From assembly GCA_963808235.1 (NCBI GenBank), contig CAWEEQ010000004.1, positions 3,785,789 to 3,849,788 of the forward strand: a stretch of 64,000 nt of DNA. Reading direction: 5' to 3'. The stretch comes from an uncultured delta proteobacterium. GTDB taxonomy: Bacteria > Desulfobacterota > Binatia > Binatales > Binataceae. Under the pieces are notes generated by a model. That model was given only the letters and a program-made list of their open reading frames with translations. It had not been told where the DNA came from and ran no database searches. Position numbers and translations under genes: made by a program. How positions within the stretch are numbered: the stretch's first letter is position 1; the number at the start of each line of letters is the position of its first letter. Positions 39,981 through 50,296 of this stretch are shown here, piece by piece.

Positions 39981-41363
39981 ATGAATCTCAACCCAAGAAG
40001 AGTGAAGCATGCGACAGGTTTGATGTCCGCTCTGCTCGCGGGGCTTTTCCTCGCGAGTTGCGCTCAAACATCAGCGCCCGCGCCTAACCAGACGCCGTCG
40101 GCAGGGAACGAGAGCGCGGCGACAGGCGCCGCCCCACCAACTCCGATGCAAGCGGTAGCGGCGCCGTACACGCCGACGGGCAACGGGCAGTACGAGCAAC
40201 CGCCGGTTGTCAACGCAGCCGACCTTCTTCCGGGGACTGCGCTTTCGGCACCGGGATATTCGGTACAGCCGCAGGTGCCGACTAACGGCGCGATGGGCCA
40301 ATACACCATCGTCGCAGACCCGAGCGTTTTTCATGACGACGCGGGGACCTACTACGTCGAAAGCCTCGACATGCTGAAGATACGCCTGTCCGAGATTCCC
40401 GCGATCGCGCAGCTTGACAGCATGAGCAACACAGGTGTGTTCGCCCAAGCGCTGGCCTCAAGCGCAGTACGTCCGGTAGGCGCGGCCGCAAATATGGTCA
40501 TGCACCCGATGGACACAGTGACCGGGCTACCCAGCGGAGTCGGAGATTTGTTCAGCCGGGTCAGCATGGGCGCGGGAGAAATAGCGTCGTCGGCCTCGAA
40601 TTCCTTCGGCAGCGGTAAAGCCGCCGGCCAGGCCGGCAACGCTACCCTCACCGCGTTGGGCTATGACCAGGTGCGTCGCCAGCTCGCGCATAAGTTGCAC
40701 GTTGATCCTTATAGCTCCGATCCGATCCTCACCAAGAAGCTGAACCATGTTGCATGGGTGATGTTCTCGGCCCGCATGACAGTTTCGGCGGCCATGATGG
40801 CGGTGCCTGGCTCAATGATCATCACGGCGGTCACGGTCACCAACGATCTCGTCTATCAGACGCCGAGAGCCGACCTGATCATTCTAGTTCAAAAGAAGCT
40901 GAAGAGCTTTGGGTTATCGCCGGAAGAGATTGTGACCTTTACCAGCAACACCGCGATTCCACTGAGTCTGCAAGTTACCGCGGTCAAAGAGCTCGAGGCG
41001 CTGGGCAACATTGCGGGGCGTCGCGCGGCGGCGGTCGCAATCGGCAACATGATGACGGAATACCAGGCGCGCTTCCTCGTTACATCGTTGCACATGCTCT
41101 CTGAATGGAGCCAGCAGAGGAGTCCAATCACCAGGATCGAGGTTGTAGGTGTGCTGATCGGGAGCGATCGGAATGGCGCGACGATAGTACCTGCCGCCGT
41201 CGATTACCTGTCATGGACGGAGCGCATCGCCGGCTTTGTTACCAATCCTGAACTGCTCAGGCAAAGACATCGCGTCCTTTGGATTACCGGCCAGATGACG
41301 CCGCTTGCGAGCCAGCAACTGGCGGCCAACGGCTGGACGGTACGTCAAGGTGAATCACAGTAA
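39981..41363 (+). CDS. Hypothetical lipoprotein
   Basis: GAGGAG RBS, lipobox LASC. Confidence 0.75.
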   Translation: MNLNPRRVKHATGLMSALLAGLFLASCAQTSAPAPNQTPSAGNESAATGAAPPTPMQAVAAPYTPTGNGQYEQPPVVNAADLLPGTALSAPGYSVQPQVPTNGAMGQYTIVADPSVFHDDAGTYYVESLDMLKIRLSEIPAIAQLDSMSNTGVFAQALASSAVRPVGAAANMVMHPMDTVTGLPSGVGDLFSRVSMGAGEIASSASNSFGSGKAAGQAGNATLTALGYDQVRRQLAHKLHVDPYSSDPILTKKLNHVAWVMFSARMTVSAAMMAVPGSMIITAVTVTNDLVYQTPRADLIILVQKKLKSFGLSPEEIVTFTSNTAIPLSLQVTAVKELEALGNIAGRRAAAVAIGNMMTEYQARFLVTSLHMLSEWSQQRSPITRIEVVGVLIGSDRNGATIVPAAVDYLSWTERIAGFVTNPELLRQRHRVLWITGQMTPLASQQLAANGWTVRQGESQ

Positions 41364-41427
41364 GAGCGCCAAGATCTCATGGACGAAACTTACGGAAGTG
41401 GCGAAGGCCAATACTATGGAGGAGAGC

Positions 41428-42174
41428 ATGGTGACCAATAGCTTGCGAAACAAAATGATGACCGGGGTCGCGGCGGCCGGCTTGGCCGCGGCGGTGCTGA
41501 CCTCAGGATGTTCGACGACGGTCCAGAGCGCGCCAGAGGCAGCGAAAGCAGTGGAGTCGGGTGGCCCGCTGCCCAGTTCAATCACCGGATTCCTGGGTCC
41601 CGATGCGGCCAAGCTCGCTCCGGGGCCGGAGGGAGGCGCTGCTCTAGCGTGGATAAATCCCAACGCTCAATGGAGCAGCTACACCAAGATACAATTGATG
41701 CCGGTCGAGTTCTGGGCCGCTGCCGATTCGAAGGTATCGACTGCGGATCAGGCGGTGCTTACCGAATACTTCTACAACCAGCTCCAGACCAACCTCTCGA
41801 AAAGTTTTACCCTTGTCGATCAGCCGGGACCCGGAGTTATGACCTTGCGGGTGGCGCTGATGGACGCGACGACCGCAGTACCCGGACTGCGCACCGTTTC
41901 GGTAGTTGTACCGCAACTCCGCGTACTGAACATGGCTCAATCGCTTGCGACTGACAGCTACGCATTCGTGGGATCTGCTGAAGCCGAAATGAAAGTAACT
42001 GACTCAGTGACCGGTGCGCTGCTTGGTGAAGCCGTCGATCAGCGTGCGGGCGGAATGGGGATCAAGAGCGCAGCTTCATTCCAATGGGGCGACGCGCAGA
42101 ACGCGATGGACTACTGGGCGCAGAAAATACCCAATCGCATCCTGCAGCTGCAAGGAAAACCCGTGCAGAGCTAA
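41428..42174 (+). CDS. DUF3313-like lipoprotein
   Basis: Lipobox LTSGC; GFLG, PGPGV.LR.AL, DSVTG.LL..VD.R.G. Confidence 0.75.
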   Translation: MVTNSLRNKMMTGVAAAGLAAAVLTSGCSTTVQSAPEAAKAVESGGPLPSSITGFLGPDAAKLAPGPEGGAALAWINPNAQWSSYTKIQLMPVEFWAAADSKVSTADQAVLTEYFYNQLQTNLSKSFTLVDQPGPGVMTLRVALMDATTAVPGLRTVSVVVPQLRVLNMAQSLATDSYAFVGSAEAEMKVTDSVTGALLGEAVDQRAGGMGIKSAASFQWGDAQNAMDYWAQKIPNRILQLQGKPVQS

Positions 42175-42242
42175 TAACTATGACGCGGCGAACGCGGGAG
42201 TCATATTCCGATGCGTAAAAGTAAAGGTCCCTTCGTTTTCAG

Positions 42243-42701
42243 ATGACTCCAAGCTTAGCGGGGTTTATGCGCGAGACGCCGGAGGGCGACATCATTATGG
42301 CCGCCCTCACCGATTCTGGCGAGGGTGTAGTGGTCGTCACCACGCCTGCCAATCCGTTCGTGCCCAATGGCATGCAACTAGGAGAGACGCAGACCTACAC
42401 GCAGCAAGTCTCGGTGAACTATCTCGACGACCCGAGCGATCAGAGATACTCAGGATCAATCAACGACACCTACACCTACGTCGGAACTTACCAAGTAACC
42501 GTACCGGCCGGTTCGTTCCCCGCAGTCCTCTTCCGCGTCAACTGCGAGGGCAAGGTCGGTCCGGCTCATACGCAGACCACTGGCTACAATCTTTTTGCAC
42601 CCGGGGTGGGCATGGTCGCGATGATCTTGGAGGAGGACGTGACAGCCCTCTGGCTGTTCAACATCGATAGCACCACGGGCAAAGTGCTGATATCGAAATG
42701 A
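42243..42701 (+). CDS. Hypothetical protein, possibly N-terminally truncated
   Basis: VTVPAGSF...APGVG beta-rich motif; no signal peptide. Confidence 0.5.
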   Translation: MTPSLAGFMRETPEGDIIMAALTDSGEGVVVVTTPANPFVPNGMQLGETQTYTQQVSVNYLDDPSDQRYSGSINDTYTYVGTYQVTVPAGSFPAVLFRVNCEGKVGPAHTQTTGYNLFAPGVGMVAMILEEDVTALWLFNIDSTTGKVLISK

Positions 42702-42716
42702 AACACTCCGGTTCCG

Positions 42717-43631
42717 TTGAGCAAGCTTCATCACCGGGCGCCGGGCTATGAGCTTATGAGTGATTTCGCGCACCGTCCTCGAGCGTTCGCCGCCAGCGCC
42801 GCACTTTTCATGTTGTTGGGCTGGCATTCAATGAGCCTCGCTCAGCAGACCGCCGCAGCGGGCAACGACGAGGAAGGACTAGCCGAAAAGGAATACGATC
42901 CTACTGCGAGTCTGACTCAGTTCAAGATCCAGGACATCTACACACCGGCCGAGTACGGGACGAATGCTCAGCCGAACACGCTGCAGATTCGCCCCCTCTT
43001 AACCGTTCGGCCGCAATTATTCACACCGCTCGAGCAACTCATCCGGCCGAGTATTCAAATCGTGACCGTTCCTCGCAACAGAGGCGCGTCAACGACCACC
43101 GCGCTCGATGACTTCCAACTTCTGGACCTGTTCGTGATGCCCTGGCCGAACGCAAAGGAGACTCATTTCCGATGGGGTATCGGACCTTACTTCGTATTCC
43201 CGACATCCACCAGCCAATTCACCGGCAAAGGAGCATGGCAGCTGGGGCCAGCGTGGGCCTTCGGCTACCGGGAAATCCCAAGGCTGCAAATCGCCGGTCT
43301 TTTTCAGCAGGCGACTTCGTTCGCGTACTCATCGTCGCATTCGGTTCCGGTCAGCTCGCTCCAGATCCAACCGATCCTAACCTATCAGCTAGACCGCGGA
43401 TGGTATCTGAAATCGAGCGACGCGACCTGGAAGATCAATTACCGTCACAACACTTCAACCGAAATACCGTTAAGCGCCGGATTCGGGAAAGTGTGGAAAT
43501 TCCGCGAGGGCTATGCCATCGACACGTCGTTCTCCGCCGAATGGATGGTCTATCGACAATTTGACCCTCAAGCTGAGCAATTCGGCTTGAGATTCCAAAT
43601 GAACCTGCTGTTGCCACAATTAGAGCTATGA
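42717..43631 (+). CDS. Putative outer-membrane protein (family often mislabelled 'neuromedin U')
   Basis: DPTA, WGIGP...PT, GAWQLGP, IQPILTY, PLSAGFGK. Confidence 0.65.
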   Translation: MSKLHHRAPGYELMSDFAHRPRAFAASAALFMLLGWHSMSLAQQTAAAGNDEEGLAEKEYDPTASLTQFKIQDIYTPAEYGTNAQPNTLQIRPLLTVRPQLFTPLEQLIRPSIQIVTVPRNRGASTTTALDDFQLLDLFVMPWPNAKETHFRWGIGPYFVFPTSTSQFTGKGAWQLGPAWAFGYREIPRLQIAGLFQQATSFAYSSSHSVPVSSLQIQPILTYQLDRGWYLKSSDATWKINYRHNTSTEIPLSAGFGKVWKFREGYAIDTSFSAEWMVYRQFDPQAEQFGLRFQMNLLLPQLEL

Positions 43632-43661
43632 GGCTAGAGCTATTTCGCTAGGACTGAATGC

Positions 43662-45014
43662 TTGGACCAAACTACCCTTAGACATATGAGGTCTATGAAG
43701 AATCGGAGCAAGTGCGGAGGCTATTCAGTGAATCGTGAACTCATTCTGTCACGCATCCATAGGACTATCTCTCTTGCTACGGTTATCTTGCTGGCATTCG
43801 TCACGTCCGCGCGAGGCGCCGGCTTGTTGCTTTATGAGACCGGCGCGCCAGATCTAGGCACCGCAAGCGCCGGACGAGCCGCGATGGCCGCCGACGCCTC
43901 GACTGCCGCAGCAAATCCTGCCGGGATGACTTTACTCGACCGCTCACAGTTGCTGAGTGCGTCTGGCGCACTCCTTCCGTCGAATAACTTCGACGTAGCC
44001 CCCCAAACAACAACGCCGGGAGGCGGCGGCGGCAATGCCGGAGTGTTCTTTCCCATCGGAGGGTTCTTCTATGTTTACAGGCTCTCGGAGCGGGTTCGGC
44101 TCGGCGTGGCTGTCGATTCCGATTTCGCAGGAAACTTCAACTACGGAAAGAAATGGACGGGACGGTACTACGTGACGCGGGAGCCGCTCATCACCGGTAA
44201 AGTCAACCCGTCAATAGCTTACGAAGTGAATGACTGGCTCTCGGTGGGCGCAGGTTTCAGCTTCTCGGTCGGACGTTTGCAGTTCCAATCGAAGATTAAC
44301 AACGTTCTTCCGCGCGTGCCGGACGGTGGCCTCGCGATCGAGTCGTGGGATGAGGCATTCGGTGGTAACGTCGGCATACTGCTCAGGCCGATAGCTAAAC
44401 TCCGCGTCGGCCTCACCTATCAGTCGCCGGTCGATTACAAATTCGGCTTTCGGCCGCACGTCACGGGTCTCGGTCCTGTTCTCAGCCGTATTCAGACGAG
44501 AATCGGCGGCGTAAAGGTCAATATCCCGATGGAAGTGCCGCAACAGGTGATGTTAAGTGGGCTCTACGACGTCACCCCCTACTTCAGCCTGATGGGCAAT
44601 GTCGGATGGCAGAACTGGTCTGCGTTCGGAGAGTTCCCGATTGGAATTTCCGCCCTCAAGCAAAGGACGGTTGAGGCCAACCTGCATTTTTCCGATACGT
44701 GTCAGGTCGCGATCGGACAGCAATTTCGGTTCGGTGAAAAATGGCTTTGGTCGGCCGGATTTGCCTATGACAGTTCGCCAGTCTCGCGAGCGAACCGCGT
44801 ACCCAGCTTGCCTCTCGATCGCCAGCTGCGATATGGCACCGGCCTCCAATATCAGATCAATCGTGACGTAACGGCCGGCGTTGCGTGGCAGTTTATGGAC
44901 GCAGGCCCCGCTCCTTACAGTGCTCGCCGTGGACCGCTCGCTGGAACATTGCAGGGGCATTACTCGACGAACTATCTGAACTTCGTCGCACTGAACATCA
45001 TTTGGAAGTTCTAA
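43662..45014 (+). CDS. OmpP1/FadL family outer-membrane transporter
   Basis: GTASAG..A.A.DAS...NPAG, NPSIAY, AYDSSPV, terminal Phe; start uncertain. Confidence 0.9.
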   Translation: MDQTTLRHMRSMKNRSKCGGYSVNRELILSRIHRTISLATVILLAFVTSARGAGLLLYETGAPDLGTASAGRAAMAADASTAAANPAGMTLLDRSQLLSASGALLPSNNFDVAPQTTTPGGGGGNAGVFFPIGGFFYVYRLSERVRLGVAVDSDFAGNFNYGKKWTGRYYVTREPLITGKVNPSIAYEVNDWLSVGAGFSFSVGRLQFQSKINNVLPRVPDGGLAIESWDEAFGGNVGILLRPIAKLRVGLTYQSPVDYKFGFRPHVTGLGPVLSRIQTRIGGVKVNIPMEVPQQVMLSGLYDVTPYFSLMGNVGWQNWSAFGEFPIGISALKQRTVEANLHFSDTCQVAIGQQFRFGEKWLWSAGFAYDSSPVSRANRVPSLPLDRQLRYGTGLQYQINRDVTAGVAWQFMDAGPAPYSARRGPLAGTLQGHYSTNYLNFVALNIIWKF

Positions 45015-45101
45015 ACTGAAATAAAATTGCGGCGACCGCGTCTGCCCGGTCCGATATCGATTCCCGCACTTCTGGTCGAATAGGTAGCTAGCACGATTGC
45101 G

Positions 45102-48100
45102 TCATAGTAGTGCGACGTGTCGCCCGGCAGCTGTATTGGACTCGCGATCGCAAGCGGCGTGAATCGCATCGATCAGAGTCACGCGTTTGATAGGTTTGCT
45201 CACATGGGCGTCGCAGCCGGCGTCCAGGCACTCGCGCACAGCGTCGGGCAGTGCCGACGCGGTCAGCGCAATGATTGGTGTGCGCGGGCCGCCGTTCCCG
45301 TTTTCCCATCGCCTGATCGCGCGGGTCGCCTCGAGCCCGTCCATCACCGGCATCCTGATGTCCATAAGCACCAGGTCATATTCTTCGGTCGTGAACCGCG
45401 CCAACGCTTCGCGGCCGTCCCCGGCCTCATTCAGTTCGCACCCCGTCTCCGAGAGGAACGCGCGCACCAGCATACGGTTGTCAGGAGAATCGTCGGCCAG
45501 CAGGATCCGCAATCCGTTAAGCGCACCAGTTACTTCGGCGACAAGCGGTCCGACCGCGGGCTCTGCGATCCCATCGGTGTCGCACATTACTCTGCTGATC
45601 GCTTCGAGCAGTTCGGCTCGCCGTATCGGCTTGACCAGATAGGCGTGAAGTCCGAGTTCACACAGCTCCGCAAGCCGGACCCTCATGTCGTCAGAGGTGA
45701 GCATCATCACGACTGGTAGCGGCGCGCCGCTCTTCGTATAGAACGCGCGGATGCGTGCGGCCAGTTCGATCCCATCCATCCCCGGCATTCTGCAATCCAG
45801 CAGGATTAGCTCGAATGGACGTCCAGTGGCGCTTGCTTTCTCGAGTTCTTTCAGCGCGTCCGCGCCGCTTGGCGCGCCGGTGATTCGCGCACCCTCGGAT
45901 TCGAGGATCTCACGCAGAATCAGGCGATTAACCTCGGTATCGTCGACGATCAAGGTCTCAACGTCGCGGAGATTGAGCTGCGCGGCCCCAGCGCGCTTGT
46001 CCATTGCCCGTCCGGCGCCGAACATCGCGACGAAACTGAAACAGCTTCCCATCCCAGGCTCGCTCTCGACCGTGATCTCACCGCCGGCAAGCTCGACCAG
46101 CCGGCGCGCGATCGCGAGTCCGAGCCCGCTCCCACCGTAACGGCGTGTGGTCGATGAGTCGGCCTGGCCGAAGGTGGAAAATATTATCGATAGCTTGTCC
46201 TTGGGAATGCCGATGCCGGTGTCACGAATCGCGAAGCGCAGTCCGATCTGATCGGAGTTCGGCCGGCCCGCGGCGGCGAAGTCCGCGCGTTCGACAGTCA
46301 GAACGATCTCGCCGCGCTCGGTGAATTTGATCGCGTTGCCGAGCAGATTGACCAGAATCTGGCGCAGACGCAAAGGGTCGCCGAGCAAGTTGCGCGGCAC
46401 GTCGGGCGCGATTCGCATCGCGAGCTCGAGTCCTTTTTCGTGCGCCCGCCCACCCATCATGTCGCCCAGCTTGTCGATCAGTTCTTCGAGATCCAGTTCG
46501 ATGCGCTCGATCGTGAGGCGGCCGCTCTCGATCTTGGCAAGGTCGAGGATGTCGTTGATCAGATCGAGCAGCGCGTCGCCATTGGAGCGCATCACGTTGA
46601 CCCACCGGCGCTGCTCGTCGGTGAGAGTACTGTTGGTCAGCAGCTCCGCCATCCCGAGCACCGCGTTCATGGGGGTGCGAATTTCGTGCGACATGTTGGA
46701 GAGGAAATCCGACTTGGCTCGCGAGCCCGCGAGTGCAGCTTCGCGGGCAGCGATTAGTTGATCCTGAGTTTCCTTTAGTGCGGTGATATCGCGAGTGAAG
46801 GTGACGCAGCTTAGATGTCCGCGCAGCTTGAGATTGAGCGCGGAGATCAGGCCGGAGTAGGTGCTGCCATCTTTGCGGATGAAGGTCGCTTCCATGTTCC
46901 TGACCAGTCCGACTCGTTTGAGCTCTGCGACCAGGCGCGCGGTATCTTCGGGGTTCATGAATGACGGGAAATCGCGTGAGCGTTTTCCGATCACATCTTC
47001 GCGGCGGTAGCCGCTATGTCGTGTGTATTCATCGTTGACATCGATGTACCTGCCGGTTTCGAGATCGAGAATCATCATGGAGTCCAGGTTCTGATCGAAT
47101 ACCTGGCGCAGCGCCATCTCGCTCTCACGCAGTTGGGCCGCGGTAAGCTCGCGCTCGGCGATCATCTGCTCGCGTTGGACAGCCTCCGCGCGGAGCCGCT
47201 CCTCGCTCGCTCGCAACGCCTCGACTTGACGCGACAGTTGCTCGCGCGCGGCGCGCAGCTCAAGCTCGGTCTCCCTGATCGAATGAATGTCGCGACCGAT
47301 CGAGACCAGACACTGCTCCCCGCCGATCTCGGTGACCACAGCCGAGAGCAGGTATGGGATGATGCGCCCGTCTTTGTGGCGGACGTCCACCTCCATGTTG
47401 CGCACGATCGATTCCGAGGTCACGCGCTCGACGAAGGTGCGCGTTTGCCCCGGATCGGACCAGATGCCCAGGGCCGCGGGCGTTTTCCCGAGCACTTCGC
47501 CGGAAGTGAAGCCGGTGGTCTGCGTGAAGCCACTGTTGACGGTTACATACGTGCGGTCAGAGACGCGGTTGATTGTGATTGCGTCGGGGCTCGATTCAAT
47601 GATCTTACGGAGCATCTCTTCGCTTTCTTGCAGCTTGCGCTCAGTCTCCTTGAGGCTGCTGACGTCGCGAGTGAAGGACACGATACACGGCTCGCCGTCG
47701 AGTTCGATGATCACGCCGGAGATGAGGCAGGGAACGATCACGCCGTCGAAGCGGCGGAAATTCGCCGCGAAATTGCGCACCCGCTTGCGCTCCTTCATCT
47801 TCGCCAGAAATTCCCTCAGCTGCGCGTCGTCGGCCCAGATCGAAATCTGCCGGGGTGAACGGCCGACCGACTGGATGACCTCGAAGCCGGTGGTCTCGAA
47901 TTCGCGATTGAGCAGGACGTAGGCACCGTCGGACAGGCGGTTGATCGTGATCACTTCGGGGCTGGCAGCGATGATTCGGCGGGCCATGTCCTCGCTAACG
48001 TGGGCGTGGCGCTCGGCGCGTTCGAGTTCGGCAATCTTGTTGCGCAAAGCGGCCTGGATGCTGGCGTGGCTCTGAATGGCCTGCCTAATCCGCCAGCGGT

Positions 48101-48644
48101 TGCGGCGGTTGATTTCATGAGTGAGGTGCGCGAGCGTGACCGCGACCGCGAGCGTTATCCAGTAGTAGACGCTGAGATGGATCGCCAATGATGCGACGAT
48201 CAGGCATGCGATGCCCACCAGCTCCAGCGACGCCTGCCACCGCCATCCCCACGGCACCAGCACGCCGGTCCCAATCAGAAAGAGCAGCACCGACCCGAAC
48301 AGCAGGGCAGGCCGGTTGTCCGCGAAGCCAATCAAGGTGCTGCTCACCATCAACGCGGAGCAGCTCCACCACCCCCAACTCCGCCAGTGAGTGCTGAAGA
48401 CCTCGATATAGGTCGCGCACAGGATCGCCACGCCGATCATCAGGTTCAGCACGTGGAGAGGACCGGTTCCGGGGGCGGCGGGTCGAGTCTGGTGGGGACC
48501 GGCGAACAGGCAGGCGAGCTGAAATGCGATGACAAGTGTCGCGCCAATTCGCATCGGCGCCACAAGGTAGCCGGGATTCAAGTCGAGGAGCAGGAGTTCC
48601 GTCGGGTCGCCGGCATCGGGCCCATTCTGAGCTTCCGGCGGCAT
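45102..48644 (-). CDS. Membrane-bound hybrid histidine kinase (TM, 3 PAS, HisKA, HATPase, 2 REC)
   Basis: MSHEIRTPMN, GNAIKFT, GGSGLGL, two receiver domains; TGATG coupling with upstream gene. Confidence 0.93.
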   Translation of the reverse strand: MPPEAQNGPDAGDPTELLLLDLNPGYLVAPMRIGATLVIAFQLACLFAGPHQTRPAAPGTGPLHVLNLMIGVAILCATYIEVFSTHWRSWGWWSCSALMVSSTLIGFADNRPALLFGSVLLFLIGTGVLVPWGWRWQASLELVGIACLIVASLAIHLSVYYWITLAVAVTLAHLTHEINRRNRWRIRQAIQSHASIQAALRNKIAELERAERHAHVSEDMARRIIAASPEVITINRLSDGAYVLLNREFETTGFEVIQSVGRSPRQISIWADDAQLREFLAKMKERKRVRNFAANFRRFDGVIVPCLISGVIIELDGEPCIVSFTRDVSSLKETERKLQESEEMLRKIIESSPDAITINRVSDRTYVTVNSGFTQTTGFTSGEVLGKTPAALGIWSDPGQTRTFVERVTSESIVRNMEVDVRHKDGRIIPYLLSAVVTEIGGEQCLVSIGRDIHSIRETELELRAAREQLSRQVEALRASEERLRAEAVQREQMIAERELTAAQLRESEMALRQVFDQNLDSMMILDLETGRYIDVNDEYTRHSGYRREDVIGKRSRDFPSFMNPEDTARLVAELKRVGLVRNMEATFIRKDGSTYSGLISALNLKLRGHLSCVTFTRDITALKETQDQLIAAREAALAGSRAKSDFLSNMSHEIRTPMNAVLGMAELLTNSTLTDEQRRWVNVMRSNGDALLDLINDILDLAKIESGRLTIERIELDLEELIDKLGDMMGGRAHEKGLELAMRIAPDVPRNLLGDPLRLRQILVNLLGNAIKFTERGEIVLTVERADFAAAGRPNSDQIGLRFAIRDTGIGIPKDKLSIIFSTFGQADSSTTRRYGGSGLGLAIARRLVELAGGEITVESEPGMGSCFSFVAMFGAGRAMDKRAGAAQLNLRDVETLIVDDTEVNRLILREILESEGARITGAPSGADALKELEKASATGRPFELILLDCRMPGMDGIELAARIRAFYTKSGAPLPVVMMLTSDDMRVRLAELCELGLHAYLVKPIRRAELLEAISRVMCDTDGIAEPAVGPLVAEVTGALNGLRILLADDSPDNRMLVRAFLSETGCELNEAGDGREALARFTTEEYDLVLMDIRMPVMDGLEATRAIRRWENGNGGPRTPIIALTASALPDAVRECLDAGCDAHVSKPIKRVTLIDAIHAACDRESNTAAGRHVALL

Positions 48645-50296
48645 CAGCTGTCTCCCGCAAAAGCAGGGATGATGCTCGGGTGTCCGCCGGTCTGCGTGAC
48701 GGTTCGGATCGCGGCGATGACGGTGGACTTCTTGACTGGTTTGGAGACGTGCAAATCGCATCCGCTGTCAATCGCCTTGCGGACTTCCTCCGGGAACGCG
48801 GAGGCGCTCAGCGCGATAATCGGCGTCCGGGGCAGCCCGTGCTCGCGCTCGCGCTTGCGAATCGCGCGGGTCGCAGCGTAACCGTCCATCACCGGCATCT
48901 GGATGTCCATCAGGATAAGATCGTACTGAGCCGAGGTGAATTTCCGCACGGCTATTTCGCCATTCTCAGCAGTATCGAGATGGTAGTGGGTGCTCTTCAG
49001 GTATGCGTCCACCAGAAGGCGGCTCTCGAAAGTGTCTTCAGCCAGCAGGATCCTGAGTGGCGGCTCCGATGCTGACTGTTGGTCAGAGCCAGGAGCGATG
49101 GCCCTTGCGTGTGCCATCGCAGTCGCGATTGCTGCGTATAGTTCGGCGCGGCGGATTGGCTTGACCAGACAAGCCTCAACTCCAAGCTCGCGCATGCGCG
49201 CCGTCGTGACACTGAGGTCATCCGAGGTCAGCATCAGCGCCAGCATCGGGCGCCCGGAAATGCCGCTACCGACCCGCCTCGCCATCTCGAGTCCATCCAT
49301 ACCGGGCATCCGGTAATCAATTACCAGCAGCTCGAATGGTTCTTCAGTCTGAAGCGCCCGGCCAAACTTGGAAAGGGCATCCTCTCCGCTCGCGGCTTCC
49401 GTCACAAGAGCGCCTTTGGCCTGAAGCATCTCGCGCACGATCGTTCGGTTCACAGGCGTGTCGTCTACGACAAGCGTTCGGACGCCCATAAGATTGAGCT
49501 GAGTAGCGGTCGCTCTGGCCTGGATCGAAGCGGGCCGAAATTCGAATCGGGCGGTGAAATGAACCACGCTTCCTTTTCCGATTTCGCTTACCGCCCAAAT
49601 CCTGCCACCCATCAGCTCGACCAACCGTTTCACGATCGCCATTCCGAAACCGCTGCCAAAATGCCCCCGTGCGATCGAGGTGTCCGCCGGTGGGAGGCTA
49701 TCGAAGATTCTGGCGATTTTGTCCTGAGCAATGCCGATACCCGAATCATCGACTGAGAAGTGGAGTAGAGCCGATTGACCGGTCTCGTCTTCCTTCTCGA
49801 CGGTCAAGACAATCGAACCGACTTCTGTAAACTTGATCGCGTTGCCGACCAGGTTAAGCAGAATCTGACGGAGCCTGGACGCGTCTCCGATCACATGGGT
49901 CGGAATGCCCCGGGTTACATCGCATGCCAGCTCCAGGTGCTTGCTGTGAGCGCGGATCGCAAGAGTCGCGCAGACGCGCTCCACGAGGTCGATCAGATCG
50001 AACTCAGTCTGCTCCAGTGCGAACGGTTCCGCCCGGACTTTGCCGAGGTCGAGGATGTCATCGATAAGATCGAGCAGCACATTGCCGTTGCTGACCAGTA
50101 TGTCCACATACTTGCGTTGCTCCACATTGAGCCTGGTGTCAGCAAGCAGCTCCGCCATCCCTAGCACCGCGTTCATCGGCGTGCGAATCTCGTGAGATAT
50201 GCGGGCTAGGGACTCATACTCGGCTCGCGGCGCGGAAAGCGAACCTTCCTGCTCCTCCTCGACTTGGTACTGATCTGACTTGGGCACCGACCTCAT
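48644..50296 (-). CDS. Sensor-less hybrid histidine kinase (HisKA, HATPase, 2 REC)
   Basis: ISHEIRTPMN about 33 residues from the start; diverged G2 box (GSGFGM). Confidence 0.88.
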   Translation of the reverse strand: MRSVPKSDQYQVEEEQEGSLSAPRAEYESLARISHEIRTPMNAVLGMAELLADTRLNVEQRKYVDILVSNGNVLLDLIDDILDLGKVRAEPFALEQTEFDLIDLVERVCATLAIRAHSKHLELACDVTRGIPTHVIGDASRLRQILLNLVGNAIKFTEVGSIVLTVEKEDETGQSALLHFSVDDSGIGIAQDKIARIFDSLPPADTSIARGHFGSGFGMAIVKRLVELMGGRIWAVSEIGKGSVVHFTARFEFRPASIQARATATQLNLMGVRTLVVDDTPVNRTIVREMLQAKGALVTEAASGEDALSKFGRALQTEEPFELLVIDYRMPGMDGLEMARRVGSGISGRPMLALMLTSDDLSVTTARMRELGVEACLVKPIRRAELYAAIATAMAHARAIAPGSDQQSASEPPLRILLAEDTFESRLLVDAYLKSTHYHLDTAENGEIAVRKFTSAQYDLILMDIQMPVMDGYAATRAIRKREREHGLPRTPIIALSASAFPEEVRKAIDSGCDLHVSKPVKKSTVIAAIRTVTQTGGHPSIIPAFAGDS

